NCBI GenBank assembly: GCA_020725665.1
Contig: DYEO01000037.1
Span: 9,558-73,557 of the forward strand
Length of the DNA: 64,000 nucleotides
DNA from: Dethiobacter sp.
GTDB lineage: Bacteria; Bacillota; Dethiobacteria; DTU022; UBA8154
Reading direction: 5' to 3'
In this document: one piece after another, positions 1-8,922 of the stretch
Numbering within the stretch: position 1 is the stretch's first letter
How the letters are laid out: the number at the start of each line of letters is the position of its first letter
The notes under the pieces: generated by a model
Told to the model about the DNA's origin: nothing
Seen by the model: only the letters and a program-made list of their open reading frames with translations
Database searches by the model: none
Made by a program: the position numbers and the translations under genes

Positions 1-46
1 CATACCAATTATGTAATAAATAAATTAAGTATTATTAAGATTAGTC

Positions 47-96
47 TTGACATGTATGAATTATCATGTTATTTTGAAATTAAGGCACTCTTAATA
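47..96 (+). promoter_or_regulatory. sigma-A-type promoter P1 (TTGACA-17-TATTTT, extended TG) followed by palindromic operator AATTAAG-N5-CTTAATA (78-96)
   Basis: Read directly; near-identical architecture at 2711-2760. Confidence 0.75.
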
Positions 97-275
97 GAAT
101 GCAAATAATGGTTAAATAAATTATTAATGTTAAATTGCTTCTAGTATTAGGGACATACTTTTTTAATTAAGGGTGCTTTAAAAGAAGAGGGAGGATGGTG
201 AGCAATAAAAAAGATATTGGCCAATATTATGTTATCGTCGTAATTTGTTTGAGGGATTTGAAAGGAGGGTAATAG

Positions 276-1559
276 ATGAGTGAACCCGTGGTGCAGACTG
301 GACGAAAAATTCCTCCAAAGACGTGGTTGGGTTTTCTGGCCGCACTCGGTCCAGGATTATTCATTGCCGCTTTTCACCTCGGTCCCGGTGATGTTGCCAC
401 ACATGCCGTGATCGGGTCATTGCATGGTCTAGAAATTGTATGGGCACTGGTCGTTGGTGTAGTTTTACTGGGATTCTTAACCGAGATGGTGGGTCGTTAT
501 GTGGCGGTTACCGGAAATTCCATTTTTGATGGTTTTCGCTCTATCGGCAGTTGGGCTTCAACATTTATGTTTATTGGAATGTTGGGCATCTGGGCAACTT
601 TTGGCAGTGCCACTTCCCTGGCAGCGGGGCTTGGATGGCAGGCTGTTTTCCCCTTTCCCGGCGTTGATTTTTTAATCGGTGTGCGTATTTGGGGTACAAT
701 TATGCTTTTTGTCTGCTTTTTGCTGGTTTTCTTCAATAAATATCTCATGTTGGAAAACATTATCAAAGTGCTTGTTGTATTTATGACTCTTTCGTTTCTT
801 ATTACCGCCGTTATTGTCGGGTTCGACTGGAGGTCAATATTCAGCGGCTTGACGCCTCCCTTTATGCCCCAGGGAGCGGCCTGGTTGGTCGTAGCACAAA
901 TAGCCGTAGTAGTGGGCGGGGTTACCTCCATAATGTACGGTTATGCCTCCTATGCCAAGGGATGGACTCACTCAGGCTGGATCAAGCCGATACGTTTTGA
1001 TATTACATTCTCTTATATTCTGCTATTCATCATTGACCTGTGTATCATGATGGCGGCTTTTAAAGTGCTTATGCCGGCGGGAGTTGAACCGCGCACGGGT
1101 ATTGATCTTGCCTTTATGCTGGAGCCTCTGTTTGGCAAATATGCTCTCTATATTTTTTCCCTGGGTTTGTGGGGAGCGGCAACTACTACGCTTTTTGGGG
1201 CATTCCTGGGCAGTTACGGATTTTTAGATTTTCTGAACCCCAAGGAGTACCACAAAGGTGAGGATGAATTCCGGAAGAGTGGATATTTCAAATCCTTACT
1301 GGTAATGGTTTTGGTTCTCTGCGGCATGTTTCTTTGGGTGTATCTCGGACCTCCTATCTGGATGATGATGATCCTGTACATTACGGGCGCTGTATGGATG
1401 CCGGTAATGGCGATTGTGCTCGTGATTTTGACAAACAGCCGCAAAGTGATGGGGGATTACGCTAATGCCCCCTGGATGAGGTATGTAGTTTGCCCCATAC
1501 TTATTGCCCTCTCTTTTATCTCTGCGTATACAGGAATTAAAGAAGTATTCTTCAGCTAG
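276..1559 (+). CDS. NRAMP-like (YcsG-type) secondary transporter
   Basis: About 11 hydrophobic segments; LGPG...HLGPGD in TM1 lacks the metal-binding DPGN; SBP-free permease; RBS GGAGG. Confidence 0.75.
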   Translation: MSEPVVQTGRKIPPKTWLGFLAALGPGLFIAAFHLGPGDVATHAVIGSLHGLEIVWALVVGVVLLGFLTEMVGRYVAVTGNSIFDGFRSIGSWASTFMFIGMLGIWATFGSATSLAAGLGWQAVFPFPGVDFLIGVRIWGTIMLFVCFLLVFFNKYLMLENIIKVLVVFMTLSFLITAVIVGFDWRSIFSGLTPPFMPQGAAWLVVAQIAVVVGGVTSIMYGYASYAKGWTHSGWIKPIRFDITFSYILLFIIDLCIMMAAFKVLMPAGVEPRTGIDLAFMLEPLFGKYALYIFSLGLWGAATTTLFGAFLGSYGFLDFLNPKEYHKGEDEFRKSGYFKSLLVMVLVLCGMFLWVYLGPPIWMMMILYITGAVWMPVMAIVLVILTNSRKVMGDYANAPWMRYVVCPILIALSFISAYTGIKEVFFS

Positions 1560-1698
1560 ACAACGGCTTATGAAGAGCAATGATGCAGGGTGTTCCCGGT
1601 TTTCCATAACGATAGTGCCGGGGCACCCGGGCGTTGCTTGATCTGTAAACCGGATAATGCACGCACAAGGCAGGTTGCAAAGGGAGCGGGTCCGTCAA

Positions 1699-2670
1699 AT
1701 GAATGCACTAATGGACGTTTTAATGTTTGTTATCAGTGTATGCATTATTTTAAAAGGGGCTGACTGGTTTATTGATGCAGCTGTATGGATGGCGCGCAAA
1801 ACGGGTATACCAAAGATCCTCATCGGTGCAACACTTGTAAGCCTGGCCACGACTTTACCTGAGCTTGCCGTATCGGCAAGCGCTTCTTTGCGGGGTCATC
1901 CGCAGGTTGCGCTGGGTAATGTGTTGGGTTCCTGTATAGCCAACGTGGGTTTGATTGCTGCCTTGGTTTTAATCATACGGCCGATCAATGTGCTGCGCCA
2001 AATTCTTTTGGATAAAGGAATATTTCTATTTATTGTCAGTGGATTGGCTTTGCTAATCAGTTCTTATAAGGGAATGCTTGGAGACTTTGAGGGTTTGCTT
2101 CTGCTAGTGTCTTTTTTTACCTATATCCTTTACCTGGTAAGTAAAACCTTTGGCAAAAATTCGCGGACCGGAAATTTATTGTTTGAAGAAAAAGAAAATC
2201 ACGGGAACGGTGAGACCTGGATAAATATTGCTATGTTTACCGGCGGGGCTTTACTGGTTGCAGGGGGAAGCCGCCTGCTGGTTGATTCAGGAGTAAGAAT
2301 AGCTTATTTATTGGGAATTCCGGAATTGGTAATTGCCGTCCTGTTAATAGCTGTTGGCACGTCGCTTCCGGAGCTGTGCACTGCTGTGGTAGCCTACTTA
2401 AAAAAGCATCAGGATTTATCCCTCGGCAACCTCCTTGGAGCCAATATTATCAATCTATCCCTGGTTTTACCGGTTTCTGCGATTATTAACCCCATTGTCC
2501 TGACGCAAGGCAACATTTCTTACCATTTCCCCGCTGTTTTTCTTGTTAATGCGCTGATTTTTCTGATCATAGCTTTTTGCCGCAACCGCCTGACACGTTA
2601 TCATGGGTTCCTTTTGCTAACCAGTTATATTATGTATATTACTGGCATGATTATCTTTTTCCGGGAATGA
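1699..2670 (+). CDS. Ca2+/Na+ (K+) antiporter, YrbG/CaCA family
   Basis: Alpha repeats ATTLPE...GNVLGS and GTSLPE...GNLLGAN; start placed at ATG 1699 after AGGGAG. Confidence 0.88.
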   Translation: MNALMDVLMFVISVCIILKGADWFIDAAVWMARKTGIPKILIGATLVSLATTLPELAVSASASLRGHPQVALGNVLGSCIANVGLIAALVLIIRPINVLRQILLDKGIFLFIVSGLALLISSYKGMLGDFEGLLLLVSFFTYILYLVSKTFGKNSRTGNLLFEEKENHGNGETWINIAMFTGGALLVAGGSRLLVDSGVRIAYLLGIPELVIAVLLIAVGTSLPELCTAVVAYLKKHQDLSLGNLLGANIINLSLVLPVSAIINPIVLTQGNISYHFPAVFLVNALIFLIIAFCRNRLTRYHGFLLLTSYIMYITGMIIFFRE

Positions 2671-2710
2671 TTTTTTTGAATCATAAATATACTGATTTTT
2701 CCGGGACATA

Positions 2711-2800
2711 TTGACATTTTGAAATAATCATGTTACTTTCTAATTTAGTAGAGCTAAATTTTTGTTATATATTATATAGTAAATTGAGTGGCGCTTAATT
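2711..2800 (+). promoter_or_regulatory. sigma-A-type promoter P2 (TTGACA-17-TACTTT) with two palindromic operators (2742-2760, 2782-2800)
   Basis: AATTTAG-TAGAG-CTAAATT and AATTGAG-TGGCG-CTTAATT; same spacing from the -10 box as in P1. Confidence 0.78.
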
Positions 2801-2870
2801 AGCAGGGCCAGGGGGTGGAAGCATAAAATTAGCTGCCGCATAAAAATAAAAACTTAGGGAGGTTTCGGCC

Positions 2871-4256
2871 ATGAGTAAGGACCTGAGAAGCTTTATACAG
2901 CAGATGGAACAAACAATGCCTCAAGATTTTTTAAAAATAAAAAAAGAAGTGAATCCACGTTTCGAACTCTGCGCTGTGCTGCGCAAATTTCAGGAGAGCA
3001 ACCAGTTTCCGGCCGTTTTTTACGAGAACGTAAAAGGAACAAAAATGCCTGTTATCGCCAATACGCTGGCTGCGCGGGAGCGGTTGGCCCTGGCCCTGGA
3101 GACTACTTCCCACGCTTTAACTAAAGAATATGCCGGAAGGCAGCACGATCTAAAACCGGTGATGCGAGTGGATCATGGCCCGGTAAAAGAGATAGTTTTA
3201 TCAGGGGGAGCAGTCGACGTTACCTCACTCCCCCAGGTTGTGCATTGTGAAAAGGATGGCGGCCCCTATATTTCCTCTGGCATAATGATCCTCAAAGATC
3301 CGGACTCCGGAGTTTACAATATGGGAATTTACCGCATCCAAATCAAGAGTAAAAACAAGCTGGGTATCTACTTTGGTGCTTACTCGCATGCGGCACATAT
3401 TTTTCGCAAGTTTGAAGAACGGGGCGAAGTAATGGAACTGGCCATTGCCATCGGGCACCATCCGGCTGTTTACTTGGGGGCTCAGTACCGCGGTCCCTTT
3501 GAAATTAGTGAACTCGAGGTAACCGGCGGGCTGCTCGGCGAACCGCTGCGCATGGTTAAGGGGGAAACAGTTGATCTGGATGTGCCGGCTGATGCGGAAA
3601 TTGTGATTGAAGGGCGCATTCCGCCCGGTGTCAGGGAGATGGAGGGGCCTTTCGGTGAGTATACCTGGTATATGGGTGATGCGCTTGAAAATCCAATCAT
3701 AGAAGTCACTGCTGTTACCCATCGCCGCGATGCCATTTATTATGATATCTTCAGTGCTCACCCGGAACATAACCTTACCGGTCTGCTGGGACGGGAGGCG
3801 ATTCTCTGGGAAAGGCTGAAGGCCAGTATCCCTACGGTAAAGCAGGTAGTGTTGCCCTTTTCCGGAACCTGCCGTCACACCGTCTATGTTTCGATCAAGA
3901 AAGAATATGACGGCTTGGGGAAAAACGCGGCACTTGCCGCACTCGCCGGCGACCCCTTCATGAAGATGGCTGTGGTTGTAGATGACGACATAGATGTTTT
4001 AAACGAGTCGGAGGTTTTGTGGGCCATTTGCACAAGAGTGCAAGCGGATCGTGATGTTTTTATTATTCCCGATGCCTATGTGTGTGAGCTTGACCCCTCT
4101 GCCTACGATATAAAGGGCAAGGAAATTCGCGGTTACCTCAACTGCAAATGGGCAATTGACGCGACAAAGCCGGTTGAAATCCCCTTCCAGGAAAGGGCGG
4201 AAGTTCCGGAAGATATGTGGAAAAATCTCGATTTAAAATACTACCTGGAAAGCTAA
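2871..4256 (+). CDS. UbiD-family prFMN-dependent (de)carboxylase, copy 1
   Basis: DLRSF N-terminus, DGGPY, GIYR, EGPFGE, VVVDDDID, AIDAT motifs. Confidence 0.93.
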   Translation: MSKDLRSFIQQMEQTMPQDFLKIKKEVNPRFELCAVLRKFQESNQFPAVFYENVKGTKMPVIANTLAARERLALALETTSHALTKEYAGRQHDLKPVMRVDHGPVKEIVLSGGAVDVTSLPQVVHCEKDGGPYISSGIMILKDPDSGVYNMGIYRIQIKSKNKLGIYFGAYSHAAHIFRKFEERGEVMELAIAIGHHPAVYLGAQYRGPFEISELEVTGGLLGEPLRMVKGETVDLDVPADAEIVIEGRIPPGVREMEGPFGEYTWYMGDALENPIIEVTAVTHRRDAIYYDIFSAHPEHNLTGLLGREAILWERLKASIPTVKQVVLPFSGTCRHTVYVSIKKEYDGLGKNAALAALAGDPFMKMAVVVDDDIDVLNESEVLWAICTRVQADRDVFIIPDAYVCELDPSAYDIKGKEIRGYLNCKWAIDATKPVEIPFQERAEVPEDMWKNLDLKYYLES

Positions 4257-4274
4257 AAGAGGGGAGGAGAGACA

Positions 4275-5603
4275 GTGCAAGAGGATTTAAGGAGCTTTCT
4301 TGCCAAAGCGGAACGGTCCGGGAAACTGCAACGGATCAGACGCGAGGTGGATCCCAAATTTGAGTTGGCCGCCGTGTTAAAGAAAATCCAAACAACCTCA
4401 GGGAAAGTGGCATTGTTTGAAAAGGTAAAGGGTTATGAGATGCCCGTGGTAAGTAACGTTTTCGGTTCCCGGGAAATCCTGGCACTGATCTTTGATACGG
4501 TGCCGGAAGATGTAGTCAGGGAATTTGTTTCCCGACGGGAGCGGCAGATCAAACCGGTTCTGGTACGGGATTCTCCGGTTAAAGAAGTGATTAAAACGGG
4601 GGAGGAAGCAAGCATCCAGGCTCTCCCCCTGGTTACCCACTGCGAAAAGGATAACGGGCCTTTTGTAACCGCAGGCATTATTATCACCAGGGATCCACAG
4701 ACAGGCATACGTAATGTTTCCATCAACCGCATGATGTACAAAAACGAAAATACGCTGGGCTGCCGCATGATGCCGCCGCAGCACCTGGGGATCATTCAGG
4801 TCAAGGCGGAGGAAATGGGCAAGCCTCTGGAAGTTGCTGTGGCCATTGGCAATCACCCTATTGAATTACTGGTGGCCTCTACCACTCTGCCTTTTGGTTA
4901 TGACGAATTTGATTTGGCCGGCGCCTTGCGGGGCGAGCCCCTGGAACTGGTTAAATGTGAAACGATTGATCTGGAAGTGCCGGCCGGCTCGGAAATTGTG
5001 CTGGAAGGTGAAATTTTGCCCAATGTCCGGGAAGCGGAAGGTCCTTTTGGCGACTTCATGCAGTGCTATATTCCCGTTATGGAAAATCACGTGTTTAAGT
5101 TAAAGGCAATTTCGCGTCGCAAAGATGCCATTTATCAGACTATACAGGCCAGTTCCCTCGAAGACATGCATCTGCTTGGTCTCTCACGGGAGGCGGATGT
5201 CTACAAAGCGGTAATAAACACCGGGGCTAAGATAAAGGCGGTAAGCCTTATCCCCACGATTCTCAGTTGTGCCATTTCCATAGAAAAGCAGTTTACCGGA
5301 GAGCCCAAAAACGTGGCTGCGGCTGCTTTTGGCTGTTACTCCTGGTTAAAGTACTGTGTTGTGGTCGATCATGATGTAAATGTTTTTGATATCAACGATG
5401 TATGGTGGGCGATGGCTTCGCGGAGTGATATTAACAAGGGTCTTTTTGTCATGGAACATGCCCGGGGGTTCCCCCGTGATCCCTTTAATATTCACAGCGG
5501 CAAATTGGCTATTGACGCCACAGCCCCGCTGAACTGCTGGGGAGAGTTTGAACGTAAGCGTATTCCCGGTGAGGAAAGTATAAATCTGCAGGATTATCTT
5601 TAA
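4275..5603 (+). CDS. UbiD-family prFMN-dependent (de)carboxylase, copy 2
   Basis: DLRSF, SINR, EGPFGD, VVVDHDV, AIDAT motifs; GTG start with RBS. Confidence 0.92.
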   Translation: MQEDLRSFLAKAERSGKLQRIRREVDPKFELAAVLKKIQTTSGKVALFEKVKGYEMPVVSNVFGSREILALIFDTVPEDVVREFVSRRERQIKPVLVRDSPVKEVIKTGEEASIQALPLVTHCEKDNGPFVTAGIIITRDPQTGIRNVSINRMMYKNENTLGCRMMPPQHLGIIQVKAEEMGKPLEVAVAIGNHPIELLVASTTLPFGYDEFDLAGALRGEPLELVKCETIDLEVPAGSEIVLEGEILPNVREAEGPFGDFMQCYIPVMENHVFKLKAISRRKDAIYQTIQASSLEDMHLLGLSREADVYKAVINTGAKIKAVSLIPTILSCAISIEKQFTGEPKNVAAAAFGCYSWLKYCVVVDHDVNVFDINDVWWAMASRSDINKGLFVMEHARGFPRDPFNIHSGKLAIDATAPLNCWGEFERKRIPGEESINLQDYL

Positions 5604-5638
5604 AACAACGTCCTGATGAAAAGTGGGAGGTTATTTAG

Positions 5639-6739
5639 ATGTTAAGCGAGGATGAATTAAAAAACATTGGTGAGATTATTGACCGGTTGATGACCGTGCC
5701 TGTCTATACCGGTTCTTCCCTGACGCGCCGGCCTGTATTGTTGGAGTTGTACGAAGCGGCCAGGAAAAAATTTGGAGCGCCCTTGACGTATCTGGCAGCA
5801 GATCTGATTAGTAAGAGCCTTCAGCCGGGGGATACGGTTTTGCTCACCACGGGTTTCATCGTGCCTCCGTGGATGAGGGCGGAGAATGACGGCCCTGTTG
5901 GTGCGGTTAACCTGGCCCGTGCTTTAAACCTGGCTTTCGATATTACCCCGGTGATTGTTGCGGAAAAAGCCGTAACTTCTATGATGGCCCCGCTTTGCGG
6001 TGCTGCCGGTTTGGCCGTAACGGATTATGAGAAAGCAAAAGCATATTACCGCCGTGTTGCCCTGGAGCAATTTACAACAGACTCCGCCAGGGCAAAAGCC
6101 GAGGCGGAAGAGTTACTGGAACGTACCAAACCATCATTGCTGGTAGCCATTGAAAAAGCATCGGCCAACGAAAAGGGCGTATACCATAGCGGCGTGGGAT
6201 ATGATATCAGCCCCATGGCGGCCAAGGTGGATGTTCTCTTCAACATGGCCAGGGAGAGAGGCATTCCGACAATTGGCATCGGCGATGGTGGTAACGAGTT
6301 GGGCATGGGCTGTATAAAAGAGACGGTTAAGCAGGTGGTCCACACCGGTGGAAAATGCGGGTGTCCCTGTGGTGCCGGTACTCACTCGGGTACGGAGACG
6401 GATCTGCTGCTGGTGGTCATGGTTTCAAATTGGGGTGCCACGGCAATCGCCGCCAATTTAGCGGCCAGGCTGGGAAAACCGGAGATCCTGCACAAGCGCA
6501 GCATGGAGGAGAAACTCCTGGAAGTGGGTGCGACGGCCGGCTTTATTGACCCGGCAGCAGGCCTCAGCCTCTCCAGCGGCGATGCTATCGATAAGGATGT
6601 GCATCTTGCCATGGTGGACATCCTCAACTTTATTGTAAATTCCCGTTTAAAAGACAGCTTCTATATCGAGAAATACCGTTGGTATGTAAGCGAACGGCGG
6701 GAGCAGATCCAGAATCTGATCAGCCAGTGGACAGAGTAG
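5639..6739 (+). CDS. DUF4392 / D-glutamate cyclase-like protein
   Basis: TTGF...ENDGPVG, GIGDGGNELGMG, CGCPCG and SNWG motifs. Confidence 0.85.
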   Translation: MLSEDELKNIGEIIDRLMTVPVYTGSSLTRRPVLLELYEAARKKFGAPLTYLAADLISKSLQPGDTVLLTTGFIVPPWMRAENDGPVGAVNLARALNLAFDITPVIVAEKAVTSMMAPLCGAAGLAVTDYEKAKAYYRRVALEQFTTDSARAKAEAEELLERTKPSLLVAIEKASANEKGVYHSGVGYDISPMAAKVDVLFNMARERGIPTIGIGDGGNELGMGCIKETVKQVVHTGGKCGCPCGAGTHSGTETDLLLVVMVSNWGATAIAANLAARLGKPEILHKRSMEEKLLEVGATAGFIDPAAGLSLSSGDAIDKDVHLAMVDILNFIVNSRLKDSFYIEKYRWYVSERREQIQNLISQWTE

Positions 6740-6753
6740 GGTTTGATGTTTTT

Positions 6754-6787
6754 GGAGCAGGCTTACGTGGGGAGTAGGCTTACGTGG
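6754..6787 (+). repeat. 17-bp tandem duplication GGAG(C/T)AGGCTTACGTGG x2
   Basis: Read directly in the intergenic region. Confidence 0.8.
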
Positions 6788-6826
6788 ATAGCCTGGATAA
6801 ATACAATACCGGAGGTGGATAGCTAA

Positions 6827-8560
6827 ATGAGTAATATCGTAACTCAGATCGAAACGGATGTCCTTGTCGTCGGCAGTGAAGGAACAGGGGCGCGGGCCGC
6901 GATTGAAGCAGACAATTATGGGGCGCGCACCATTCTTGCCAGCAAGGGTATTTTTGGCGGCAGCGGAGTGACGCTGATGGCTCCCTATTCCTGTTGTGTG
7001 GCTTTCGGCCATGAGGACCCCCGGGATAACCCCAGGGAACATGAGAAGGATACGATCATGGGAGGGCAATTTCTGGGCAACCAAAGGCTTATTCGTGTAT
7101 ATACAGAAAATGCTCCGCAGCGTATGCTCGACCTGGAAAGCTACGGGGCACGGTTTAATAAAAAGGAAGACGGTAAATTTGAACAGGTGCTCATGCCCGG
7201 GCACCGTTTCCCCCGGGCCATACATTATAAATTTGCCACGGGAAAGCAATTTCGCAAAGGCCTGATGAACGAGGTAGGCAGGCGTCCCAATATTAAGGTA
7301 TATGAAGACTTCTTTGTCCTTGACCTGCTCGTGGAAAGTGGCAAAATTAGCGGTGCCCTGGCCCTGGATTTGCGCACCGGCGAACTTGTCCTGGTTAAAA
7401 CCGGTGCCGTTATATTAGCTACCGGTGGAGCCATGGAAATGTTTTACCCCCGCAGTGATGCTTCCTGTGACCTGACGGGAGACAGCCATGCCATGGCATT
7501 ACGGGCCGGGGCACAGTTACGGGATCTGGAATTCATGCAATTTTTCCCCACGGGGATGGTCCACCCACCGGCCCTGAATGGTGTGATCTGGATCGGTCAG
7601 CTACGTTACAAGTGCGGCGGCCTTCTTTATAACCGCTATGGCGAACGCTTTATGAAGAAATACGATCCTGTGAACATGGAACTTTCTACACGTGACCTTG
7701 TTTCACGGGCTATGGCAACCGAAATCATCGAAGGTCGCGGTACCCCCCATGGCGGCGTCTGGCTCGATGTTTCCTATCTAGGAGACAACATTGTGGAAGC
7801 TTATGCTGCCGAAGTTTTCCCCAACTTCTCTTTCCGCGGCTACAACCTCCTGGAGGCCGGAGTGGATATTCGCAAGGATGCCATAGAGGTAGCTCCGATG
7901 GCACATTTCTACATGGGCGGCATTACCATTAACGAGTTTTGTGAAACGGGGATCGAAGGCCTTTATGCGGCGGGAGAAGTAACTGCGGGTATTAACGGGG
8001 CAAACCGCATTGAAGGGAACGCCCTTTCGGAGATCCAGGTTTTCGGTGCCATTGCCGGGCAGGTGGCGGCCCAATATGCCGGACAACAGGCTAAAAGCGA
8101 ACCGAACAGGGAACAGGTCGAGGAGAAGTGTGCAGCTCTCCTGGCACCCCTGGAGCGAAACGAAGGTGTCTCCTATTTTGGATTACGCCGCCAGGCGCAG
8201 GAGATTATGTGGACGCAGGTTGGTCTTGTGCGCGATGGTGAAAAACTGGAGAAAGCAGCTGCTGCACTTACCTCGTTGCGCGAGCAATCCTCCCGGATTT
8301 GTGTGCGTAATAAAACACGGGAATGCAATCGTGAGTGGATGGAGGCCCTGGAAACACAAAACATGTTGTTGCTGGCGGAAGCGATGGCCCGTTCAGCCCT
8401 TTATCGCAAGGAAACCAGGGGAGCCCATTATCGCCGTGATTATCCCGAAAAAAATAATGACCAGTGGCTTGTCAATGTAGTGGCTACCCTGGAGGGGGAA
8501 AAGCTTAACATTAACCAAGCGCCTGTTGAGTTTACTTATCTGAAGCCGGAGGAGGTTTAA
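6827..8560 (+). CDS. Succinate dehydrogenase/fumarate reductase (TfrA-like) flavoprotein with atypical active site
   Basis: GSEGTG dinucleotide fold, LATGG, ELSTRD, AHFYMGG, GANR, ETRGAHYR. Confidence 0.88.
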   Translation: MSNIVTQIETDVLVVGSEGTGARAAIEADNYGARTILASKGIFGGSGVTLMAPYSCCVAFGHEDPRDNPREHEKDTIMGGQFLGNQRLIRVYTENAPQRMLDLESYGARFNKKEDGKFEQVLMPGHRFPRAIHYKFATGKQFRKGLMNEVGRRPNIKVYEDFFVLDLLVESGKISGALALDLRTGELVLVKTGAVILATGGAMEMFYPRSDASCDLTGDSHAMALRAGAQLRDLEFMQFFPTGMVHPPALNGVIWIGQLRYKCGGLLYNRYGERFMKKYDPVNMELSTRDLVSRAMATEIIEGRGTPHGGVWLDVSYLGDNIVEAYAAEVFPNFSFRGYNLLEAGVDIRKDAIEVAPMAHFYMGGITINEFCETGIEGLYAAGEVTAGINGANRIEGNALSEIQVFGAIAGQVAAQYAGQQAKSEPNREQVEEKCAALLAPLERNEGVSYFGLRRQAQEIMWTQVGLVRDGEKLEKAAAALTSLREQSSRICVRNKTRECNREWMEALETQNMLLLAEAMARSALYRKETRGAHYRRDYPEKNNDQWLVNVVATLEGEKLNINQAPVEFTYLKPEEV

Positions 8561-8562
8561 TT

Positions 8563-8901
8563 ATGAGTGAGCAGGCATTAGCAAAAGTTAAGATTTACCG
8601 TTACAATCCCAAGGTTGACCGGGAACCGTACTATGATGAGTACGACGGTATACCTTTCGAAGGCCGTACCGTTCTCGATGTCCTTAAATATGTATACGAA
8701 AAACACGACACGTCCCTTGCCTTTCGCTATTCCTGCCGGGGAGGACTTTGCAACGTATGCCTGTTGATGCTGAACGGTAAGAATGTCATGTCCTGTAAAA
8801 AACTTGCTGAAAAAGAAATGATTATTGAACCGGCGAAAAATAAAAAAGTGATCAAAGACCTCATGGTGGATCTCAGTGAAAAGGTAGAGGCAGGAGTTTA
8901 A
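8563..8901 (+). CDS. SdhB/FrdB-like 2Fe-2S protein (N-terminal domain only)
   Basis: FRYSCRGGLCNVC...SC and VIKDL; no 4Fe-4S domain. Confidence 0.85.
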   Translation: MSEQALAKVKIYRYNPKVDREPYYDEYDGIPFEGRTVLDVLKYVYEKHDTSLAFRYSCRGGLCNVCLLMLNGKNVMSCKKLAEKEMIIEPAKNKKVIKDLMVDLSEKVEAGV

Positions 8902-8922
8902 AAATGCCTGAATAGGGAGGGA

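Noticed and set aside
1588-1630. GC hairpin between the NRAMP-like and antiporter genes as a riboswitch or terminator
   Set aside because: No U-tract and no recognisable aptamer; at most an mRNA-stabilising stem
6827-8901. Respiratory succinate dehydrogenase or L-aspartate oxidase
   Set aside because: No anchor subunits, truncated Fe-S subunit, altered dicarboxylate site, no nad genes
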